Shown here one piece after another: positions 51,351 through 63,104 of a stretch of 64,000 bases of DNA. Made by a program: the position numbers and the translations under genes. Each line of letters opens with the position of its first letter. The stretch's first letter is position 1. Origin of the DNA: Glaucostegus cemiculus (lineage: Eukaryota); the NCBI GenBank assembly GCA_976551045.1, contig CDPCPM010000076.1:15066001-15130000 (forward strand), written 5' to 3'. Under the pieces are notes generated by a model. That model made no database searches, was not told the DNA's origin, and saw only the letters and a program-made list of their open reading frames with translations.

Positions 51351-54300
51351 AAAATCAAAATTCCAGGTCACAATCATTTAGAAAATATAAATAAATCGCT
51401 TTAGTCATTCTGGTTGGTCTTCTAATTGCCTTAAGTTTGTCTTCTCTGGTTATTGACCCTCCTGTAGGTGGAGGCTATCAAATGGTGTTTTTATTTAGTG
51501 ACTTGTGTATCTTAATCCCCCCATTTAAATTCAAATGTTCCAGGGAATAGTGGATTCCTTATTCTTCCTGCCAAAATGAGCTACCTTACATTTCACCAAA
51601 TGGAATTTCATTTTCTTCCCACTCTCATTGTGTCTTTTTGTGTTGTGTTGCAGTTTTATGTGTTGTTTGCAGCTATTCTCAATAAAGTTCAGAACCATGC
51701 TTCCAATTCCAGAGTCCTTATCACTTTCACCTCTCCTATTAATGTGATATCCCTGCTTTTCATTGACCTTTTGCAGAGTCTATGTGCAATGAGCTGCAAC
51801 AAATGTTATGGAATATCTGGTCTTTAGAAAATAAAGTGGAAGTATATCAAGGCAGGATGATGAGGACTAGATAGATAAGGAGTTAAATGGATGGCAGAGG
51901 GCTGGATCACAGTGTTCTAATTACTGATTTTTTTTACTCAATGTAAGGGGCAGCAAAAGACTCATTGTTATATGTAGCAACAATGTAATGTCCAGAAGCA
52001 AATCTTTGTGAATGCATTTACACTATCACTCTACAAGAAAACTAGAGGAATTCTTACCAGTGCTGTTTAGATCTAATCAAAGAGTGAAGCATATATATAG
52101 AAAGAGCTCTGCATACACACATGAAGCAGGGTATAATGTTGCAGTGAAGTTGTGCATTGTTTAAGAAGTCTCCAATCACCAAACTCCTATCAATCAGCCA
52201 CATTTCACACTGCTTCCGAGTCTGAAATTCACTGCTTTTATGTTTTAAATATTAATAAAATATTGTATTGAATTTTGACTGAAAGGAGTTTTTTTTTCAT
52301 TTTATCTATAAGGTCTTACAAATAACTTACAAAATAAAAAATCATTTCAATGCTGACATTCTCTTAGTCACAGCCGCATGGACTCCATTTAATCAGAAAA
52401 GCCTTTATTTATCGGTATGCCTTACAAAGTAAAATGTTGATGGGCATTTCCAATTGGCTGTGCTTCTGACCGAAACAGAGCATTGTATATTCCTATGAAC
52501 ACCCTGGAACTGTTTTGATGGTTCAGATTTTTCACATGTTATGATTTTGTTTGATATTTGAAAAAGAACAGGTAGTTCTTCTGATATTCTTGCAACCATT
52601 ATTTTCCAAACCAATAATATCCAAAGTAGTTAAATTGACCATTCATTTGATTAATGTAAGTGTTAGCTTGCTTGGCCAAGTGGTTGCTCTCCTCACCTGC
52701 ATCAGTGAACCAGAAATTGTAGATTGCAAGGGCATATTAAAGTGATGCTGTCTAGAATCCTGTACCAGTCAGCTGCATGGCCAGTTGCAGTGAAATTCTA
52801 TTGCATAGGTCCTGGCTTCTTGTGCCATGGAACAGGCCCTACATACCCTGTGTGCATTAAATCCTTTCTGTTGCAGAGTTTGTGAAAGAAAACAACTGGA
52901 CTGCAGATCGTGGGCTGGTATGGGGAAGAGTGTGGTTAGGTGACAGCAGATCAGTGAAATTGGGTAGGGAGGACTGGGCTGCATTTGGGGGAAGGGTTTT
53001 GAGAGGGGATTGGATTGAGGTCAAGGAAAAAAAACTGCATGGGAGGCCTGGGTCAGGGCAAGAAGGGATTAGAAGTGGAAGAAGAGGGTCTGATGATCAG
53101 GAGGACAGGCGATTAGAAATGATTGTTGGTAGAGGGGAGATTGTTGGAGCAGTAGAATCATTGTCAACTGTCCCCTTCCCACCATCTTTGTCAATATCCA
53201 TAACATTGAGAAAATGGGAAGCAATGGAGACTTCAGATTCCCTGGCAGTGAGCCAGGTAAGGTGCAGCATCCCCATCCCCACTCCCACCTCCACACATCC
53301 CTTAGCTAAAGCTGAAATGCCCTTCAATTCTCCATTTGTCAATTTTGGTAGGTAAGGCCAGTGCCACTTACTGCTTTGCTCGCAGAGAATTTTGAGTGAG
53401 AGATGCCAAAAAACACTCTGCACATCACTTGCACTGCGTATGTGTGCCAGAGAACATGGAATACATTTCTTGGCATATTCTAACTATGAACTATGCACCT
53501 GACTGCATTTAGGTAAACTTTGATTGTGTTGTACACAAAAAGATTATGGTGGAATTTCTAAGCACTACATTTCAAACTATGTAGCACCTTGAGGTGTTTT
53601 AAGATATGCCAAGTGTCATCTAAATTTTAATTTCATATCATGGCTTCATGCGGATTCCTTCCTGCTGTACGTCCATTTCAGATTTTACACTCAGTTGCTG
53701 TAATTTTTCAAAAATTCAGTTTTCTGAAAAGTATTTATTTTGCATTCCTTTTAACAAGAAATATGTATAATTTATATATAATATAATTGTACATTCCTGC
53801 TGCCATGCAGCCCCATGATCTCATCAAGACACAATCTTTTCTTGGGAGTTTACAGCAGTCTTTGTTCCTGACTCAGGAGACTATGAGTGAAAGCCAGGTC
53901 TTTGACTGTAGAAAACATAATATTGAAAGCAAACTTATCCTACACTAAAATTTCTGAGACTGCTATTTAATTTCTTTATGTTAAAGTGTCCACTTCATTG
54001 ATACACTGATATGGATCTTGCTTTGTTTCATTGCTCTGTATCCAGTAATATTCTCATTCTGAATTATATGCACTCCACTGCTAAATAACTCCTACAGAGA
54101 GCACCGCATTTCATGTGTAGAATAGGAAATGAGCTATTATGGAGCATTCTAGTGATCTGTGATTAAGAGCTTAATTAACTAGGAAGTGATGAAGTGTTAA
54201 CTAGTTATCTAGAAATGATAGAATCCAAATACAAGATTATGTAACAAATCTAGTTCAGCATTTGGTAGGATTTCCCCTATTGGCTCTCCTACATCCACAA

Positions 54301-57300
54301 CCCATGTACAATTTACCCTTTCATGGCATATATACCCAGAATCAGTAATGTTCTGCCTGTGCCCAAAGATAAATCTTTAATATTCAAATATATCTCTTTC
54401 ATCTTGCTTCCGCTCTTTTCCCTTGTCTTTCAATCAAGTCTCATATATTTTAAAACATATAGATTTAACAGGCTGTTTTCCTTTGTGAGGTACTTCAGAG
54501 TCCCAACAATTTAGTGGCCATCATGTTCCACACAGCTTTTGATCAGCTCTGTTTGTACTTATCCTTGTATGAATCACAATATCAGAACTTTAAACACATA
54601 CATATGGTAATTTTATGGTTTTGTTTGAGTCTTTGTTCCAGGTCAGACTGGTCCTCCACATTCCTAGTAATCCTTCAAGGACTGGAAATAATTTATGCCG
54701 TGATATAATTTAAGAATGTATACTTCCTTCAAAAATAGCCACAAAACTTAGTGATCTAAGTGATGTTGTACCTTTCTTAGGCTTGTTTGATCGCCAGTGC
54801 AGAGGCAACTTTATTCTTTATCTAATCCACGATATCATCTAATCCATAAAATACCAAATCTGGGAAGAATTGACATACACATGATTGGTTCTGAAAGCAA
54901 GACAGCTGTTGATGTAATCAGTTTAATTATCATCAAGAGTTTCTGAGCAGTTTTTTTATGTTGATCTGTGGAGATTTCATAAAATATTAATAATATTGAT
55001 TGAACTGAAGGCTGCAGCAGGATACACCTCATCATTATTCCTCTTTGTTACAGTTCAGCAGCTGTGTTGTGTGTGTGCTGGCGTTAGATTTTAGACAGAC
55101 AATTTATAAGTCTTTCCCCTCCCCCAAAACTGGAAAAACAATGAAATGACCTGATTGTGGTTCGGGTGTGGGGTGGAAGAACTGTGGGAAGGTGGGTGGG
55201 GGAGGGGGGTAGGAGGGGGATTATGGTGTTTAAAGAGAGACAGGAAAAGAGGGAGAGAACTTGTTTGTTAAGAGAAAGAAAAGAAAGGGAGAAAGAAAGA
55301 GAAATACAACATTTTTAAATTTAACATCTCAAACTGAAGGCCCTTAGTGTTTTGATAATGCTAAGACTGTTGCAAGTAACCTGCTTCCAGACATTTGATG
55401 TGATTAAGTGGCTACTGTAACCCATCCAGAAGTGGTCTATTATTCAGTCCATCCCACTTTCCCTTTGGAGATGCTGTACCTACTGTAGGAAAGTCAGAAC
55501 TAACAAATACTTGGGATCTTACCATACATTGCACACAACAATGCTGTTGCAAAATAAAAACAGAAAATTCTGGAAATGCTCAACAGATCAGGTAGCATAA
55601 GTGGAAAGTGAGGCCTCTGAAGGCTGAACAACTTCATCAGAATCACAAAGCGGGAAAGCAAGTTAATTTTAAGTTGAAGAGAAGGCATAGTTGCTCTTCC
55701 ATTCCTTCCTGGTCACTGATATTTAAATCTTAATGAGTTAAAATCATTTACACAGCCAATAACCTTTTCCCTTGCTAATCTCTATTCTGTTTCATTATGA
55801 GTAATACACAATTTCAAAATTGAAACAATGAACAACTTTTACCTGGCTGAATTAGTACAGAGCACATAGCCTGCTGAATGAACAGCCACTTGGTAGAAAT
55901 TCACATCTTGCTGAATTAATGGAAACTTGGTCTGATATATGGTGAATAATGCAAATGAGCTGAGCAGTTATGCAGTGGATAACCATTTATTGTGGAATAA
56001 ACAGGAATTTTGCAGAGTAATTCAAGAACTGGGACAACCAATACATTGAGAGATGATGTACATAGATCAAAAATGTGGAGAATTAAAAACTTGACTGAGT
56101 TAATCATTATTGTAGGGATAGATGAAGTGCTCCTAAAGAACAAGACATTTTGGGAAACAATAACTGGCGCATTGTTTGCCCCTTGGTGCTCTTAGTTCTC
56201 TGATGTAATGCATTGTAACAGCTTATTAGCTCTGGGTGCAATGCTCACACAGGCAGAAACATTCCTACATTTAAAAGAAAAACTCTTAAAACTGACAACT
56301 GCTGCCTTACATCAATAGCTGGAGGGGCTGCATCTAAAGATATTTCACGGGTGATGCAACTCAACAATTAAACCCTGAGACAAGTGAGCTGTTGATCTGA
56401 GTACGTTGGAGAAATTAGGTAACCACAACTGATTGTGTTAACTGATAGGAAGTGGACATATGGTGTCCACTTCCTTGCTTGATAAACCAGTGAATGTAAT
56501 TGTACACAAGTGTAGTCCTTTGCTTTGGTGCCTGATTTGAGAAGCTGGTAAATGACAAAAGCAAAAGAATGACAAATGGCTCAGGAAGCCCTGTGCTCTG
56601 TGGGCTAGGGGGTCTTGGCACACAGCATTCTGGTTACTAACTGGCTTAGGCATGACTAGATAACATGCAGTCTGATGTTGTGTTGACTAAATCAGCCAGA
56701 ATAGTCCATATTTCTATGTATTTACATATTTCCATACAAGGTAGAAGGAAGTCATTTTGCCCATTAAGCATCTTATGCTTGAATGATGTCTAAGTCTTGC
56801 TATATGCAGGTATGGACTGTTTCATTTGTTGAGGACTTGTAAATAGAACTGAACACTGTGCAGCTACCAGTGAACACCCACCTCTGGCCCCACAATGGAA
56901 GGGACGTTATCACTAAAACAGCTGAAGGTGACTGATCTAGGTCAGATAAGCTCTTAGTTTGTAGAGGTCTCAACTCTTGCAACAGTCACAAGCTATAATT
57001 AGATTAGGAAGCGTATTCTCTCCGGATCCAGTGAAAACTCTGCTTTAATGGTCTTCCAGACTTCATTATGATTGGCTACAATGTCATCATCTGTATGATT
57101 GGCTACAATGACATTCCTCAGCAGTAAGAAACAGAACATTACAGATTGCCCCAGTTGGACCTTATAGAAGAGTTTGGAAAGAGAGGTTACTATGGTAATC
57201 AAGCATGTTAAGGGATGGAGGGAAATAATATGAAATAAAACTTCTGTGTTTGCATTCCTTACTAACAATTTTCCAACTGTTATGATCCAGGGTGGTATGG

Positions 57301-57859
57301 CACAATATATAATGTGCACCAAGTGGAAGTCTAGGTATTTGCATATTAGAAAGAAAATCTGTTTTAGGTGGTCACTTCTATTGTTCAAAACTGTCAGTCT
57401 GTTCCTGCTCTGATGGCTCTCGATTACATTTATTGCTAAAACATTAATTGGCTTCCATAAGGGAACAACATTTTCTGCTTGCATTGTATCTTCCTTGCAT
57501 GAACCAGTGATTATCTTTGCTGGTCTACAGTCAATGCCCTTAGTTATATGAAATAACTTATTGGGCATCAATTTACCTATTTCCCTTATTATTATGAGTT
57601 TTCATTTCTAGAATGAAAAATATAAGCTTTAATTAGGCCTCTGCAGGCTAGGTATAGATTTTCTTGGCCTACTCAATAAAACCAAGATGTGCCACTGTCG
57701 GATGATGAACGGAACTGCACTTGATGCCATAGCTCGGGCAAGCTAATACTTTAAATTCTTGAGAATTATATCATACCTTTGAAAAGACAAGAAGTTTGGA
57801 GTCATGCAGTCTGAAAAGGTGAACTTGTTTCCATTAGTGTCCAAAATCTATTGACCTCA

Positions 57860-58430
57860 CTCTTGAAAACAATCAATGACTAAAGCCTGACAATTCTCTG
57901 GGGTAGAGAATTCCAAAGATTTAGAGATCCCATTCTCCTGATCTCAGAGGTATAGGGGTAACCACTTAGTCTGAGATCACAATCCAGCCCTAGGCTCTCT
58001 AGCAGTAGCATTCTAAGCATCTACTTCATTAAACTATCTTTAAAAAAATGTTTCAGTGAGATTTCTCATCTCTGGGGGTTATAAACCTCATTTTGCCCAC
58101 AGGACACTTCTCTTATCCCAGTGAACCTTTGCTGGATGAATTCCAAGTATATTCTTCCTTTGTCCAAAATTGAAATACCGCAGAGGCTGAAGATCTGAAA
58201 GTAAAACAAAAAATGATGTAAATCCTCAGTAAAGTGGGCAGCACAGGAGAGGAAACAGAGTTAACATTTTAGATCAATGACCTCTCATCAAAATTGAGGA
58301 AATATCTTCGACCTGAAACTGCATTCCATTTCACTCTTTGCTGTTGCTGCCTGACCTGCTGAGGTTTACACCAGATTCTGTATTTATTTTGTATTCTTCC
58401 TTAGGTAAGGAGACAAGACTGTACATTAGG
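57860..58430 (-). mobile_element. CR1 fragment interrupted by a fold-back element
   Basis: ctctggggtagagaattccaaagatt...caagtatattcttcctt [insert] tattcttccttaggtaaggagacaagactgtaca. Confidence 0.7.
58161..58391. mobile_element. Penelope-derived fold-back element with 11-bp flanking direct repeat
   Basis: Imperfect ~65-bp inverted arms (58215-58280 and 58305-58372); tattcttcctt occurs at both 58150-58160 and 58392-58402. Confidence 0.7.
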
Positions 58431-59478
58431 TATTCCTCAGTGCTGATGCACAAATTTTTGTAATGACCTGTTTAATAATCACCCATGATTGATTTTCTAT
58501 GAAATTGCATCGACCTTTGTGTTTTGCAAAATAGTTTTTTTTCTTTGAACTTAACACCATTAATTTTGTTGGCAAATTACCATACTTGAATGCATACACA
58601 TTTTGATGTCAGCCAGGAACCGTGCATTCTTGCCACCCAATGACCAGCTGTCAAAAGCTCAAGGAGAGTGGGTTCTGCTGATTTCTTTCCTCTTTGGGTT
58701 TTTCTTCTCACAGGCCTCAGTAAGAAATGACCCAAGGTGTGTGTTCAGTAGTGTGGCATGCAGCAGATCTTGTGCAACAATTTTCTGGAGTTTCAACAAA
58801 GTGAGAACTCTTGGGAGAATTCAAAGTTGTGGGCTGGCAATACATATAATGTTCTTTTTGATGGACATTTAATCAGTATGTCAACAATATTCAAGTTGCA
58901 GCCTGAACAGAAATATTAAGTAGAATCTGTGTTTACTTACTTCAAGGACAAACAAGAAACATGGTTTTGGGGAAGCCACTACTGTGGTCTTGTGCTGGTA
59001 AGAAATGAAGTTGAAAACTCTACCCAAAATGCATTTATTATAAGCATTTATTACTTATTCAGCCTTTGTCTCAGAAATTAGCTTGGAGAAAACCTATTCC
59101 TAGGAACAGGCAGACTCCCTTTGCAAGTGATCCACTTTGCTGTGAGCTCCTGGTTTCCTTCCGGACAGTAGGAAGGAAGGAAACCAGGAAACCTTCCTAC
59201 AGCCAAGCAATACCCCACAAAGGTTACATGAACACATCAACACACTGAAACTTTTTCATGGAGAGTGTGTGGGACCAGCAGTGAATTGCAGTTACTGCCT
59301 TGCTGTCAGTCAGGCAGAACACAAATAGAAGCCCTGAGACAAATAATGTAATATCTTTGTTGAGGACTAAAGATGGAAAGACAAAAAAGTCTCAAATGGT
59401 TCTCAAGCTATATGATAAACATGACAACTCAAAGCAGATCAAGAAACAAAAAATCCTATTTACAGAAAAAGTTGCCCT

Positions 59479-59713
59479 TGTAGCAGCCAGCAGGGTGCGA
59501 CTTAAAAGAACACAAGGACACGGAGACTCGATTGAGCACGTTTTTAATAACTCACCAAAAGCCGCGCATATCCCGAACTACAAAAAACATGGCCGGCGGA
59601 AGTGACGTCATACTCCCGCCAGAAGTCCCGCCTTCCAGCACTATCACGGGAACCCGCGCGTTTCCCCGCGACGGCCGACGGTGTTCCAGATCCCGATATC
59701 GTGAGTCGCTACA
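59479..59713 (-). repeat. 3' LTR
   Basis: TGTAGC...GCTACA termini; 15 substitutions versus the 5' LTR by manual alignment; ATTAAA on the minus strand at 59543-59548. Confidence 0.97.
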
Positions 59714-59724
59714 CCATCCCCCCT
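59714..59724 (-). promoter_or_regulatory. Polypurine tract
   Basis: Minus strand AGGGGGGATGG directly abuts the 3' LTR. Confidence 0.9.
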
Positions 59725-62269
59725 AGAAACGCCCAGCGGAGGCGCGGGGCCATCAACCCGATCACCCAGCTTGGGAGGCCTACCCCGCCGGCGTGGCGAA
59801 GGCACCCTGACTGGGTGTGCAATGTCCAGATGCGCCGGCTTCAGGCGGTCCACCGTGAAAGTCTGCTCACGACCCCCAACCTCGATGACATATGTTGAAC
59901 CACTGCGCCGGACCACCCGGGAAGGCCCCTTGTACGGCCTCTGCAGGGGCAACCCATGTGCCCCCCGGCGGATGAAAACGTACTCACAGCCCTGGAGGTC
60001 CTTCGGAACGAAAGAAGGCGCTGTGCCATGCCTGGAGGCCAGGATCGGTGCCAAGGTCCCCACCTTGGCCCGCAGCTTCGCTAACACTTCCGCCGGGGTC
60101 CCTGCTGGGTCCTGAGCCCCTGGTACGAACTCGCCCGGTACCATGAGGGGGGAACTGTAGACCAGCTAGGCTGAGGAGGTGCCCAAATCTTCCTTGGGGG
60201 CCGTACGGATGCCCAGCAGGCCAGGGGAGCTCGTCTGTCCAGTTAGGTCCCTGCATGCGAGCCATCAGGGCGGACTTGAGGTGCCGGTGGAAACACTCCA
60301 CCAAACCATTGGCCTGCGGGTGGTATGCCGTGGTGTGATGCAGGTGGGAACCCAGGAGCTGCACCAGTGCCGTCCACAAGCCGGACGTGAACTGCGCCCC
60401 TCGGTCGGAGGTAACGTCCGCCGGGAGGCCAAACCGGGCAATCCAGTGGGCAATGAGGGCTCTGGCACAGGACGCGGTGGACTTGTCTGCCAGCGGCACT
60501 GCCTCTGGCCACCTGGTGAACCTGTCCACCACAGTGAAAATGTACCTGGCGCCCCGGGAAACTGGCAGTGGTCCGACGATGTCCACGTGAATGTGCTGGA
60601 ACCTGCCAAGCGTTGGCTGAAAATGCTGGAGGGGAGCCTTCACGTGCCGCTGGACCTTGGCCGTCTGACAGTGCACGCAGGTTCTGGCCCAGTGCCCCAC
60701 CTGCTTGCGTAGACCATGCCATACGAATTTTTCTGCCACCATCCTGATAGTCGCCCTGATGGACGGGTGGGCCAGGCTATGCAGGGCGTCGAAAACCCGT
60801 CGTCTTCACACTGCTGGCACCACCGGCCGGGGTCTGCCAGTAGACGTGTCACACAGGAGCCGGATCGCCTTAGGGCCAACAGGAACATCTTCAAGCCGGA
60901 GTCCCGAGAGCGCGGTGCGGTATGCCGGGATCTCGCCGTCTGCCTGCTGCACTTGCGCCAGCGCCGTGTAGTCGACGCCTGTGGCTGGGGTGGTCGCTGA
61001 ATGGATGTGGGGGTGGGACAGCGTGTCGGCGACCACATTGCTCTTCCCAGCGATGTGGCGGATGTCAGTGGTAAACTCCGAAGTGAAGGAGAGGTGCCAT
61101 TGCTGCCGAGCCGACCACGGGTCCGACGTCTTTGCCAGGGCAAACGTGAGGGGCTTGTGGTCCGTGTAGATGGTAAAGTACCTCCCCTCAAGGAAATAAT
61201 GGAAATGGCGGACAGCCAGGTAAAGAGCCAGCAGCTCCCTATCAAAAACGCTGTACCTGACCTCTGGCGGCCGCAAATGTCGGCTGAAAAAAGCAAGCGG
61301 TTTCCACTGGCCCTCAACGAGTTGTTCCAAGACCCCACCGACTGCCGTGTCGGAAGTGTCGACAGTGAGCGCTGTGGGGACGTCGACTCTTGGGTGCACC
61401 AGAAGTGTTGCCTTGGCCAGTGCCTCCTTAGCCTGATCGAAAGCTGCCGAGGCCTCCGCATCCTAAACAACATCCTTGGCCTTGCCGGCCATGAGTCCGA
61501 ACAAGGGCCGCATGATGCGTGCTGCTGCGGGCACAAAACGGTGGTAGAAGTTCACCATTCCCATGAATTCTTGCAGGCCCTTGACCGTGTAGGGCTTGGG
61601 AAATTGGAGGACGGCCTGCACCTTGTCGGGTAGCGGGACGGCGCCATGCTGGTTCACCCTGTGGCCCAAGAAGTCGATCTCACGCAGCCCGAACTGGCAC
61701 TTCGCCAAGTTGATCACCAACCCGTGGTCGCTCAGGTGCTGGCAGAGCTGACGGAGATGGGCTGAGTGCTCCTTGCGCGACTTGCTGGCTACCAGGATGT
61801 CATCCAGGTACACAAAAGTGAAATCGATGCCTCTGCTCACCGAGTCCATTTGCCGTTGAAAAGTCTGGGCGGTGTTCTTTAGGCCGAAAGGCATTCGGAG
61901 GAACTCGAACAGCCCAAAGGGGGTGATGAGGGCTGTTTTGGGCACGTCGTTGGGGTGAACAGGGATCTGATGGTATCCCCGGACCAGGTCAATCCTAGAG
62001 AAAATGGTTGCCCCATGGAGGTTTGCTGTGAAGTCCTGGATGTGGGGCACAGGGTACCTGTCGGCGGTCGTGTCATCATTGAGCCTCCTGTAGTCTCCGC
62101 AGGGTCTCCAGCCCCCTGCTGCTTTGGGCACCATGTGGAGCGGGGATGCCCATGGGCTGTTGGAACAGCGGATGATGCCCAACTCCTCCATCCTGCGAAA
62201 CTCCTCCTTGGCGAGGCGGAGCTTGTCAGGCGGGAGCCTGCGGGCACAGGCGTGTAGCGGAGGTCCCTG
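59714..62269 (-). pseudogene. pol: Gypsy pol pseudogene (RT, RNase H, integrase; protease absent)
   Basis: [25 protein letters not shown] (RT); TVDTSD..RELLA..YTDHKPL..NVVADTLS (RNase H); H-x3-H..CVHC, HVD..SDRG..LVE (integrase HHCC and DDE); PYKGPS (degenerate GPY/F). In-frame stops at 61463, 60806 and ~60166 and a frameshift after ELPW (~60220). Confidence 0.95.
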
Positions 62270-62846
62270 ACGGTTTGGGTTTCGGAACCTTAGCCGGAGG
62301 CTGCGAGGCCGCAGCTACGCAGGCGGAGGCCACTCCTCGTCGCCGACTGCACCAAATGACATCTGCTGTGGCCACGAGGGCATGCGGGTCGCTGAAATCT
62401 CCGTCGGCGAGGAGGGGGCGGATATCATCCGGGAGTTGCTCGAGGAATAGCTGCCGGAACAGGAAACATGGCTGATGGTCGTCCATGAGTGCCAGCATCT
62501 TGTCCATCAACTCGGAGAGCTTGCGGTCACCTAGGCTGTCCATATGGAGGAGCCTCGTGGCTCGGTCGCTGAGGGAAAGGCCAAACGTACGGATGAGGAG
62601 AGCCTTGATTCGGGCGTACCTGTCCTCCATCGGTGGCTGGCGTAGGAAATCGATGATGCGACCGGCCGTGTCCTGGTCGAGGGCGCTGACCACGTAGTAA
62701 TACTTCGTGGCGTCGGCTTCGATGCCCCTGACGCTGAACTGGGCCTCCGCCTGTTCAAACCAGACTTGAGGTTGCGAGGTCCACAAAACTGGGAGCTTGA
62801 GTGCCACGGCGTTGTGGGAGTCAGTATCCATGATCCCAGATGCCAT
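62270..62846 (-). pseudogene. gag: Gypsy gag, C-terminally truncated by an internal deletion
   Basis: LKLPVLWTSQPQVWFEQAEAQF..TKYYYVVSAL..LGDRKLSELM..LFLEQLP, starting just after the PBS. No zinc knuckle before the junction to RT. Confidence 0.88.
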
Positions 62847-62853
62847 CTGGAAT

Positions 62854-62867
62854 CGTCGGGGTCACCA
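62854..62867 (-). promoter_or_regulatory. Primer-binding site, tRNA-Trp
   Basis: TGGTGACCCCGACG, 2 nt inside the 5' LTR boundary, is a 14-nt complement of the tRNA-Trp 3' end (...CGUCGGGGUCACCA). Confidence 0.92.
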
Positions 62868-62869
62868 AA

Positions 62870-63104
62870 TGTAGCAGCCAGCAGGGTGCAACTTAAAAGA
62901 ACACGAGGACACGGAGACTCGATCGAGCACGTTTTTAATAACTCACCAAAAGCCGCGCACATCCCGAACTACAGAAAACATGGCCGTCGGAAGTGACGTC
63001 ATACTCCCGCCGGAAGTCCCACCTTCCGGCACTATCGCCGGAACTCGCGCGTTTCCCCGCGACGGCCGACGGCGTTTCAGATCCCGATATCGTGAGTTGC
63101 TACA
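62870..63104 (-). repeat. 5' LTR
   Basis: TGTAGC...GCTACA, 235 bp, adjacent to the PBS. Confidence 0.97.

Larger units (their letters stand above)
59479..63104 (-). mobile_element. Ty3/Gypsy LTR retrotransposon, CsRn1/Kabuki-like, complete ends but defective (3626 bp)
   Basis: Two 235-bp LTRs, a 4-bp TSD CCCT (59475-59478 and 63105-63108), PBS, PPT and gag-RT-RNaseH-integrase order. GC- and CpG-rich relative to the flanks. Confidence 0.97.

Noticed and set aside
52882-53423. Overlapping ORFs in a purine-rich stretch
   Set aside because: Compositional bias, probably a decayed L2-type repeat; no identifiable protein motif.
53640-53810. AU-rich island resembling a distal 3' UTR end
   Set aside because: 9 kb past the stop, beyond several TE fragments, with no adjacent AATAAA; cannot be supported without transcript data.
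56999-57571. 190-aa minus-strand ORF, the longest unexplained ORF
   Set aside because: No recognisable motif, non-ATG first codon and composition like translated AT-rich intergenic DNA; one such ORF per 64 kb is plausible by chance.
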